IMG/VR virus record: IMGVR_UViG_3300022871_000009 | Span: 64,001 to 98,577 of that record | Direction: 5' to 3' (one strand) | Length of the DNA stretch: 34,577 nt | Source of the DNA: a virus | Taxonomy: Duplodnaviria > Heunggongvirae > Uroviricota > Caudoviricetes | Part shown: positions 8,529 to 16,348 of the stretch, one piece after another | Position numbering within the stretch: position 1 is the first letter of the stretch | Layout: each line of letters starts with the position of its first letter | Position numbers and translations under genes: made by a program | The notes under the pieces: generated by a model | What the model was told of the DNA's origin: nothing | The model's database searches: none | Seen by the model: only the letters and a program-made list of their open reading frames with translations

Positions 8529-9407
8529 TTAGAATCTGTCGTTGGCATTCATAGAACCAGGAATCAATTCATCAACGAGGTTTGTATCCTTGATAATTTG
8601 TTTCCCCTGTGACATACCACCCTGAGCATTAGCTGCGAGGTTCTTTTTTTCCTCAGCAGCAGTCTTAATAGCATTGCTCGCAGCTTCTGATGATAACTTC
8701 ATCCCTTTAACAGCAAAATATGCTGTTTCAATGTCATCGACATTAGGATGGTCATTCAAGTATTCAACAACACCTTCAGCATATTCGTCGAAATCTCCGA
8801 CGTTTTCTATGAAAACTTTTGTTTCGTTTTCCACTTTACGCTTTTCTTCGATGTCACTAATACCTTTTGAAAAGTTATCAGTTGCAGCTTTGATTTTTTC
8901 ATCAACACTAGCAAGTTGGTCAGCGACTAGTTTCTCTATATCCCCTGGAGCTGCTTTTGCATAAGCTTTATCCCCAAGGTCCTTCTTAACTTTGTCATGA
9001 GCGTTTGTAACGTCATTAGCATCTCCTAGAGATACTTTTCCCTCCAATATTGCAGTTGCCATTTCAGCAGTGAACTTTTCATCTAGAATAGCATCAGCCA
9101 CTTCAGGAGAATCATGCAATTTATCAAGTACAGGGGAAATTTCTTTGAAGAATTGGCGATAACTGCCAACCTCTTCGCTGTTCTCTCCCATCTTCTTGAG
9201 TAATTCATCGTAGTCTTTTTTTGACACGTAATCACTAATGTCGATGTCAGATGCTTTAGCTTGAACCTGTGGCTCCCCCCCAGAACTGACGTTGTTTGGA
9301 TTTACCTGTGGGGCATTTCCATCCACGTTTCCTGAAGGACCAGCATTATCGGCTGCTGCGGCTGCATCTACGTTAGGGGTATTTGTGTTATCTGTATTGT
9401 CAGACAT
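8529..9407 (-). CDS. Capsid scaffolding protein
   Basis: 292 aa acidic, helical/coiled-coil, disordered N-terminus; directly upstream of MCP. Confidence 0.65.
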   Translation of the reverse strand: MSDNTDNTNTPNVDAAAAADNAGPSGNVDGNAPQVNPNNVSSGGEPQVQAKASDIDISDYVSKKDYDELLKKMGENSEEVGSYRQFFKEISPVLDKLHDSPEVADAILDEKFTAEMATAILEGKVSLGDANDVTNAHDKVKKDLGDKAYAKAAPGDIEKLVADQLASVDEKIKAATDNFSKGISDIEEKRKVENETKVFIENVGDFDEYAEGVVEYLNDHPNVDDIETAYFAVKGMKLSSEAASNAIKTAAEEKKNLAANAQGGMSQGKQIIKDTNLVDELIPGSMNANDRF

Positions 9408-9472
9408 ATTTCTTCATATTAATGTTTATTTAAACAACAAACAAATTTGTTTACTCTTTCCCTACTTCTCTA

Positions 9473-9649
9473 TTATTCACCCTCATTTGCTTTCACACGC
9501 CTAGCGGCTAATTCCTCTGCAATTTTGGCCAAATCGACACCTTTGTCGGCCTCAGGAGAAGACTTTTTACGCTGCTTAGCGATAGAAGCAACAACATTTT
9601 GGGCTTTGGCGATATTTTCTCGCCGGGTTTTGTCTATCTTCATATTCAT
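9473..9649 (-). CDS. Small basic hypothetical protein (58 aa)
   Basis: Below ORF-track cutoff; manual translation MNMKIDKTRRENIAKAQNVVASIAKQRKKSSPEADKGVDLAKIAEELAARRVKANEGE; fills the gap on the operon strand. Confidence 0.65.
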   Translation of the reverse strand: MNMKIDKTRRENIAKAQNVVASIAKQRKKSSPEADKGVDLAKIAEELAARRVKANEGE

Positions 9650-9662
9650 TTATTAAATTAGG

Positions 9663-10190
9663 TTATTTTTTGACTCCTCTATAATACTCAGCGTTCTTTT
9701 CTCTTGAATATTCTCTAGCACCTTTGTAATCGCCTGATTTGATTTTCTTTCTGATGGACTTACTTAAATTTTGATATTTCCCTAAATCCATTGCTTTTTC
9801 TCCAACGTATCTCTTAGGCAATAATCTTTTTTCTAATTTTCTTGCGCCTTTGAAAGCCTTGTACTTACTTTTTGCAGCTCCCTTGATTGCTCTGGCACCT
9901 TCCGAGGCTTCAGAGAATTTCTTGGCGACTCCCTTGACTATAGAATTCTTACTTTTTTTATTTTTTGTATAATAAGGCATCTTATCTACAAGCTTACCAT
10001 ATGACTTTGAGAGCTTTGCGGCACCTTTACCTGCAGATTTTCCGCTTGCCTTAGCAAAATTAAGAGGATTTAATGTAGTATCAAGTGCAACTGCTAGAGG
10101 TCTCTTAGATTTTTTACCTTTAGAAAACTTGCTAGCGATACTCTTAACCCAAGAATTTTTCTTTTTAGGTTGTGTTGATTGTTTGGCCAT
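9663..10190 (-). CDS. Lys-rich basic protein
   Basis: 175 aa, very Lys/Ala/Ser-rich, few acidic residues. Confidence 0.7.
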   Translation of the reverse strand: MAKQSTQPKKKNSWVKSIASKFSKGKKSKRPLAVALDTTLNPLNFAKASGKSAGKGAAKLSKSYGKLVDKMPYYTKNKKSKNSIVKGVAKKFSEASEGARAIKGAAKSKYKAFKGARKLEKRLLPKRYVGEKAMDLGKYQNLSKSIRKKIKSGDYKGAREYSREKNAEYYRGVKK

Positions 10191-10230
10191 ATTAGTATTA
10201 TTTAAATTTTAGATTTTGTGAAATTACATC

Positions 10231-10428
10231 CTAATACTTAGAGGGCTTTAAAGTTTTCTTCTGTTTTTCAAGAAATTCTCGTAATGCTTTAGCTCTTGTG
10301 TGAACTACAGGTTTTCTCAATTGTTTTATCCCTTTAACATTCGTATAATATTCTGATTCTGACGAAGGTTTACGACTTTTTATAGAACCAAGCAATGTTT
10401 GTCTTTTTATTTTGTTATCAAGTGCCAT
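10231..10428 (-). CDS. Small basic protein
   Basis: 65 aa Lys/Arg-rich ORF. Confidence 0.6.
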   Translation of the reverse strand: MALDNKIKRQTLLGSIKSRKPSSESEYYTNVKGIKQLRKPVVHTRAKALREFLEKQKKTLKPSKY

Positions 10429-10430
10429 AC

Positions 10431-10613
10431 TTATTTAGATTTAGAACTACCTTTGTCTAAGGATTCAACGCAATTTTTTAAATTTTCATTTCTCTTTGTT
10501 CGTCTCTTTTTGCGCTTCTCTCTACGTTTTCTCCTCATAGAACTAAAAGATGCTTTGAGTCTACCCTCAGACTCTGATGTGGCAGTTGTACGTGGTGAGT
10601 TATCAATTTCCAT
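10431..10613 (-). CDS. Small Arg/Lys-rich (protamine-like) protein
   Basis: 60 aa containing MRRKRREKRKKRRTKR; first ORF after the promoter at 10665. Confidence 0.55.
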   Translation of the reverse strand: MEIDNSPRTTATSESEGRLKASFSSMRRKRREKRKKRRTKRNENLKNCVESLDKGSSKSK

Positions 10614-10664
10614 ACTTATTTCTTAAATTTATTAATATTCAGCACCATAGTGTATCTTATTTAC

Positions 10665-10679
10665 AATTATAGCATAAGT
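10665..10679 (-). promoter_or_regulatory. Putative late promoter (extended -10)
   Basis: Minus strand ACTTATGCTATAATT = TGn-TATAAT; 14/15 identical to 19362-19376. Confidence 0.6.
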
Positions 10680-10700
10680 CCCTCTTAACTCTGCAAAATT

Positions 10701-11021
10701 CTACATGTTGTATCCGTTGAATTCTACTGGCTCATCTTTTTTAGAACCTTTGGAATTCTTGTTAGTAGAATTTGCGGCTGCTTTTCTAGACTCGTTGATA
10801 GCCCCAACATAATTTATTAAATCGTATATCCCTAGCCTCTTCCCCTGACTACGAGCCACTATGGTTGGCTCTTTGAAGGGGTCGACTGCAAGAACGGCAG
10901 CGATATTGTCGGAATCTATACTATGTGTATATTGTAAGATTGCATCCCAGTATCTTGTACTTGAAAGTTCAACTAGAAGGCTGTTCAACTCATCTTGTTC
11001 TATTGGTTTCTTCATATTCAT
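10701..11021 (-). CDS. Small head-associated protein following portal (Bbp19-like position)
   Basis: 106 aa helical ORF with SQGKRLGIYDL; synteny after the portal gene. Confidence 0.45.
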   Translation of the reverse strand: MNMKKPIEQDELNSLLVELSSTRYWDAILQYTHSIDSDNIAAVLAVDPFKEPTIVARSQGKRLGIYDLINYVGAINESRKAAANSTNKNSKGSKKDEPVEFNGYNM

Positions 11022-11027
11022 TTATTA

Positions 11028-13115
11028 TTAAGATTGCAAATTATTTGCTTGGTTAGCGATATTTCCTTCTATTGGGTAGTCTTTGGTAGGAACATTTGTA
11101 TTTACTTTTCCACCTCTATTAAGACCACGAGGATTTGTTGTCTCCCCTAAAGTAGGTGCGGTAGGAGGAACTTCACCCGAAGTAGGCAAAAGGTTTATTG
11201 GCGCTCCTGCTTCTTGAAATCCTGCAGCTCCACCAGGACCTAACTTAGCCAAGGCACTGTCAATAATATTCTGAGGAATCTCTCCACCCTGTATATTAGG
11301 CATCCCTGGAGCTCCTCCAGGAGGTGACCCTTCTGGTGGCATTCCAGCCTCTTGGCCCTCCGCCCCTGGCATACCAGGCATACCTGGCATTTGAGGTTCC
11401 TCCTTCTTAGTAACAGAATCAAGACTCCAATCCCAACTATGAAGTACCTTAGAAGTAAGCTTCTCAGGGTCGACAAATGGTAAATTGATAAGTAACTGGA
11501 ATAAATCCATACTCTGTTTTTTATCAATATCATTCTTACCAGCTATAGAAGGTAGTACAGCAGCCTTATAATCGAATTCGCCCATAAGGTCATCCTTCTC
11601 TATAATAGGGTATAATTCTTTTCCATCTTCACCAATAATTCGAATAGTCATCTCTTCAGTAAAAAATTGTCTGTACATAGAAAGCCAGAACCTCATCAAA
11701 AGAGAGTAAGCATCGCCCATGTGATTTACAAACAATCTTACACGTTCTAAAGTAGATTCTCTCAAATGTCTAATTTCAGTAGCACTGCCTGCGCCTCCTC
11801 CAACAGCCATCGAAAAATCGTCCACACCTGAGGCGTATCTCATGTCATTTTTCAACATCTCTTCTTCTTTGTAAGCACTAGCTTTGACATCAGAAAATAC
11901 AACTTCCCTAACACCATCTGGAGAGGCAGAGTAGATAATACCGAAAGGTCTAGCCACTAATTCTTCTTTATTAACATTAGCCATTGGGTTTACTATCCAC
12001 ATTTTATGGATGTTCAATGTTACAGCATCTAGTCTCTGATTCTTCATTGAGTTAAGCATGATTTGTGGACTCTCCAAAATAAGAGGTAAACCAATACCTT
12101 CATATTCGAAAGGTAATTTCAAAAATGGAATGTCGATAAAAGGAGTATCTTTGAAATCATAAGGATTAGGCATTTGCCCTTTCTTTAGGACAGGCACTTC
12201 ATTTACAATAACAGCGTAAGAATCTTTGAAAGGTCTCCACCACTCGAAGACCTCATTCATCTTTAGTTTACTATCACCTTGATTAGCATAGATATCACTT
12301 CCAACGCCACTAGCGCCTGCAATAGTTTTGTCTCCTCTGTTTATTGATTCATGAGAATACTTTACTTCTCTTCTTATATGAGAGTAATCTTCAGTACTTT
12401 GAGGTGACGCGCTAAAAGCCAACTTCAACCTCTTTTTATCCGCATAAGGATAACGTCTCTCAATATCGCCATCAGTCAAAAGCAAACGTTTAAACCAAAA
12501 CTGTTTACTCTCTCTTGGAATATTGTGCCAATCATACCACAGGCCGTAGTTATCTACAGCTTCACAAAATGGAGCATCATAAAATGTTCTCTTCTCTTTT
12601 TTCCAAGTATGTTTCTTTTTAATCAAATCTTTATCGTCTAGAAATTGATACTCTCTAACATCTTTTTTCCAACTAACTTGCATGTAACCTGTACCATAAA
12701 CCAAAGCAGACCGTGAAACAGTCTCAGTGGTAGCATCCATCCCGGCCACTTCCCAAGTATAGTCGCAAAGTTGTTGTAACTTTTCTGACTTAAGTTGGTC
12801 ATTTTCTGTACGTCCTTGAACGTTAAATTCTGGCCTAGCATCTAAGATACGAGGCATTAAAGTTTCGACAGCAGCGTGAATATAAGGAACGAAAATATTC
12901 GCCATCCAAGTTTTTCCTAGACGCCTTAGCTCTGCAGCTCTATCTCCACTATAAGATATATATAGTTTGTAGGCTCTATCGAGACGTGGTTTGATGCAAC
13001 TTTCGAAATACCTTTTTGCGTCATCGCGCTGTATTTGAAAATCTGCCATCATCGCCACTTCTTTTTTTCCTCCGAGCCTTTGTGCGTCGTATGTTTCATT
13101 AGAAGTTGTTGTCAT
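11028..13115 (-). CDS. Portal protein (P22/SU10-like)
   Basis: 695 aa directly after TerL; NIFVPYIHAAVETL, ALVYGTG, NQRLDAVTL.IHKMWIV, SGVDD motifs; Pro/Gly/Met-rich C-terminus. Confidence 0.85.
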   Translation of the reverse strand: MTTTSNETYDAQRLGGKKEVAMMADFQIQRDDAKRYFESCIKPRLDRAYKLYISYSGDRAAELRRLGKTWMANIFVPYIHAAVETLMPRILDARPEFNVQGRTENDQLKSEKLQQLCDYTWEVAGMDATTETVSRSALVYGTGYMQVSWKKDVREYQFLDDKDLIKKKHTWKKEKRTFYDAPFCEAVDNYGLWYDWHNIPRESKQFWFKRLLLTDGDIERRYPYADKKRLKLAFSASPQSTEDYSHIRREVKYSHESINRGDKTIAGASGVGSDIYANQGDSKLKMNEVFEWWRPFKDSYAVIVNEVPVLKKGQMPNPYDFKDTPFIDIPFLKLPFEYEGIGLPLILESPQIMLNSMKNQRLDAVTLNIHKMWIVNPMANVNKEELVARPFGIIYSASPDGVREVVFSDVKASAYKEEEMLKNDMRYASGVDDFSMAVGGGAGSATEIRHLRESTLERVRLFVNHMGDAYSLLMRFWLSMYRQFFTEEMTIRIIGEDGKELYPIIEKDDLMGEFDYKAAVLPSIAGKNDIDKKQSMDLFQLLINLPFVDPEKLTSKVLHSWDWSLDSVTKKEEPQMPGMPGMPGAEGQEAGMPPEGSPPGGAPGMPNIQGGEIPQNIIDSALAKLGPGGAAGFQEAGAPINLLPTSGEVPPTAPTLGETTNPRGLNRGGKVNTNVPTKDYPIEGNIANQANNLQS

Positions 13116-13124
13116 ATCGTCTTA

Positions 13125-14591
13125 TTAGTAAGCAAAGTTAATAGGTAAATATTTTTCTGAATTAAGCTGTGTTAGAGAACCACTGTACATAGATTTGAAT
13201 CCTTGAAAAGCAATTCCAGCAGAGAAAATACAATCATCATGGAATTTATCTGGTACAACCATATTTGCATTCTCGTCGTATACCATGATGGTCATCTCAT
13301 CCAATATCTTTTTACTGTGGATTATCAAATCGTCATCTCTTACCGCTTGTCGCAATTCGTCAATCAATAGTTCTCTTGTTAATTTTGTAGTCTTCCATCC
13401 GAATTTATCACCTGTTGATGTTGCAATTGTTTCGAACTTCGATGGTCTATAATATAAAGATGGATAAATCATTTGTCTCAAAGCTGTCAGTGTAGTCAGT
13501 CCGTGGTTATTTATCTCCACTACCATCAATGCATTATTATAAATTCGGCCCCACTCGTTCAACTTTGTTCCTAGAACATCAGGTGGTAAAAAACCTCTGT
13601 ACATTGCTACCTCTTCTCCAGTTTTTCTATCCCAAAAAGTTGCAACACTATAATCTCCTCCTGCTACACCTTCTGACACATCAACTCCACAAACATACAA
13701 TCCATCTGGTTCTGGTGGTTTGTAATAAACAAACCCATCAACTTCGTTAACGACATAAATCTTGCCGCTAGAAAGTTTAACATCGTCCCCTACTTTCAAA
13801 ATATTGTCTCTTTGTCTCTTCACAGCTAGTTGGTCAAAAACACTTCTACCAGAAGAGAGGAACTCACAACCATACTCTTGCGCAAACTTACGTGGGTCAT
13901 TCAAACGTCGTCTAATAATATCAATCTCTTCTTCACTGTAACCCCACCACCAACCGTATTCTTTCTTAGCATAACCGTTATCTTCCGTCATCCACATCTC
14001 ATGGTACAAGTTACCCTGCCCATTAGGAGTACTCTCAATAACAATCTTTCCATCAATAGGTACAGCAGCTTCTAAAGCAGTCATCTTGTCATCTGGGTCA
14101 TCCCAGAAAGCCAACTCTGTAACGTGACAATTATTAATTGTATAACCACGACCTACATTCACAGTAGAAGGCAGCACCAATATCTTTGAGTCAATGGCTG
14201 GGAAACTAATCTCAGACTTAGAGTTATATTGGATTGTAGGTCTCAATTCAGGGGGTGTTGATTTGTAAAAGGTCTTCACTTTTTCTAGCAACTCAGCAGT
14301 CAACGCAGCATTATAACCAATCAAAGCAGTGTTAGAACTTGGATTCATTATCGTATTATGGTAAAAGAATCCTACAGTTGCTGTAGAAAACCCAATTTGA
14401 CGGGCCTTCAAGATTATAATACGAGCGCATCGCCTCATAGTATTGAGGACGTCCTTCTGAGCCTCTCTGAGTTTAAATGGTATCAGAGACCCAGTACTCT
14501 TACCCTTAATTTTTGTAAAGTTCTCTAGATAAAATTTTGTATCTTGTAATTTATCTAAAGCTATTTTGCTATATCCTATATTATTCTTCAT
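13125..14591 (-). CDS. terL: Terminase large subunit
   Basis: Walker A-like LKARQIGFST, Walker B-like HVTELAFW, IESTPNG coupling motif, RNase H-like GVDVSEG...DYS, HDDCIFS. Confidence 0.93.
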   Translation of the reverse strand: MKNNIGYSKIALDKLQDTKFYLENFTKIKGKSTGSLIPFKLREAQKDVLNTMRRCARIIILKARQIGFSTATVGFFYHNTIMNPSSNTALIGYNAALTAELLEKVKTFYKSTPPELRPTIQYNSKSEISFPAIDSKILVLPSTVNVGRGYTINNCHVTELAFWDDPDDKMTALEAAVPIDGKIVIESTPNGQGNLYHEMWMTEDNGYAKKEYGWWWGYSEEEIDIIRRRLNDPRKFAQEYGCEFLSSGRSVFDQLAVKRQRDNILKVGDDVKLSSGKIYVVNEVDGFVYYKPPEPDGLYVCGVDVSEGVAGGDYSVATFWDRKTGEEVAMYRGFLPPDVLGTKLNEWGRIYNNALMVVEINNHGLTTLTALRQMIYPSLYYRPSKFETIATSTGDKFGWKTTKLTRELLIDELRQAVRDDDLIIHSKKILDEMTIMVYDENANMVVPDKFHDDCIFSAGIAFQGFKSMYSGSLTQLNSEKYLPINFAY

Positions 14592-15114
14592 ATAATTGTT
14601 TAGCTATACTTTTCTCCTCCTTCTGACGATTCTTTACTGATTCTGGAACTATAGGGGCGTCTACTTTGTATTCTTCAACTTCTTCATCTGTACCAAGTTG
14701 CTCTGAGGTATTGTCAGCTAATTGCAATATAGTTTCTTCCCAACTCTTACCAGCTTCTTCATCTTTTTCATACTTATCTAATCCTAGTGACCTCATCAAT
14801 GTTTGCAAAGACTGAAGCTTAACAGAATCAGAGGAAGAATTAAGTGCTAAGTTTTTTATTCCGACAACTATGCTGTCCATAGATAGCCCTGCATCTGACA
14901 AAGCACGATGATAGTCTTTCCTAATAGCCAACTTGTCTAAAGTCACAAGCACTTGTGCCGCGCTTTTTGCACCAGAGATTGTAACTAAATCATCGACATT
15001 GGTCACACCTTCAGACAATGCCTTTAAAAGCAATGTCTGTAAATGAGTATCCCTTCGAGTAGTTACTCTGAAACTATTTGTAAAAATTACTGGTTTTAAA
15101 GATTCTTCGTTCAT
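14581..15114 (-). CDS. Probable terminase small subunit
   Basis: 177 aa helical ORF overlapping the terL start; HTH-like N-terminal part and acidic tail. Confidence 0.55.
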   Translation of the reverse strand: MNEESLKPVIFTNSFRVTTRRDTHLQTLLLKALSEGVTNVDDLVTISGAKSAAQVLVTLDKLAIRKDYHRALSDAGLSMDSIVVGIKNLALNSSSDSVKLQSLQTLMRSLGLDKYEKDEEAGKSWEETILQLADNTSEQLGTDEEVEEYKVDAPIVPESVKNRQKEEKSIAKQLYEE

Positions 15115-15115
15115 A

Positions 15116-15754
15116 TTATTTTACTTTCTTCACGTAAGGAAGTGTATAGTGAGATATGACGAAATCATATTTATCAGTATCCAATTCCTCGTTTAAACAT
15201 TTGTAGTAGTTGATTACGTAGTCCATGAACTCAGCATAGAGCATTCCTTTCGCCTCTCCAATCTTTAACAACTCCATACGCTCATCCATCTTTCCAACAA
15301 GGAACAAACACTCTAAGTTCATATACTCGAATGGATACGCATACTTCACATCGAATGGACTATGGTATTTGAAGTCTGGGAAAAATTCGTAGATGTAACT
15401 TACAATTCCTCGCATCCATCCACGCGAGTAGAATATTCCACCAGAATCAAAGCCAATTTTACTCTTAAAAATATGTCCAACTGCTATGTCGTAATCGTGT
15501 CTCTTGGCACCGAGTGTAGATTCTAGTATCAAACCATTATAGATAAGTCTAGTTCTCATCCACTCGTATTTTAAAAGACCGTCGAAATACGCTAGCTCTG
15601 CTTCCCACATAAACTTCTTAGTAGTCTCTACGTATTCTAGAAGTGACTGTGGACCATCTTCCTTGAAGTCCACCAAGTCTGGGTTTACAGTTTTCTCTTT
15701 TTTCTTTCCTGTATAAATTGGGCGGTATGTACGTTTATAATCTTTTATCTTCAT
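15116..15754 (-). CDS. Hypothetical protein
   Basis: 212 aa ORF in operon. Confidence 0.75.
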   Translation of the reverse strand: MKIKDYKRTYRPIYTGKKKEKTVNPDLVDFKEDGPQSLLEYVETTKKFMWEAELAYFDGLLKYEWMRTRLIYNGLILESTLGAKRHDYDIAVGHIFKSKIGFDSGGIFYSRGWMRGIVSYIYEFFPDFKYHSPFDVKYAYPFEYMNLECLFLVGKMDERMELLKIGEAKGMLYAEFMDYVINYYKCLNEELDTDKYDFVISHYTLPYVKKVK

Positions 15755-15767
15755 ATTTCTTTATTTT

Positions 15768-16343
15768 TTATCGCATAATTTTGTCTTGCAAATTTGTAGT
15801 AGCGCCACCCATCAAATCTTGAGGTGCTCCTCCAGGTTGAACAGGAGCTCCTTCTTGTGGCATTCCAGCAGGAGGAACACCTGGTACTACACCTTCAGGA
15901 GGCACACCAGAAGGCATAACTGCTCCCCCAGGTTGCATACCTTCAGGTGGCATGATTCCAGGAGGCATTGTAGCTTCCTCTGCACCTGCAGGAGGAGAAG
16001 CAGGTTGCTCTGGACCTTCTTTCATTGGGTCAAGAGCGTTTATAGCACTCTCAAATAATATCACCAAATCAGGGTCAGTTTGTTCCAACTTTTCTAAAAA
16101 TTTACCTACTTCTTCGACGTTACCTGGGTCTACACCCAAAGCTCTCATTTCAGAATAAATCTTCTCTAAAAGACCAATTTTAAAATCTCTAAGTTCACCT
16201 TTTTTTGTTATAATTTCTTTGTCTACGTCATCATTCATTTGTTTTACGTTGTCAAACTTAAAATCAATGTCTTTCTTACGTGCATCTTCTACAGAAATGC
16301 CACGAGACGGCATACCATTTTTTAACATATCCATTATTCCCAT
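15768..16343 (-). CDS. Hypothetical protein with Pro/Gly/Met-rich C-terminus
   Basis: 191 aa; MPPG/VPPEG repeats. Confidence 0.75.
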   Translation of the reverse strand: MGIMDMLKNGMPSRGISVEDARKKDIDFKFDNVKQMNDDVDKEIITKKGELRDFKIGLLEKIYSEMRALGVDPGNVEEVGKFLEKLEQTDPDLVILFESAINALDPMKEGPEQPASPPAGAEEATMPPGIMPPEGMQPGGAVMPSGVPPEGVVPGVPPAGMPQEGAPVQPGGAPQDLMGGATTNLQDKIMR

Positions 16344-16348
16344 ATATT

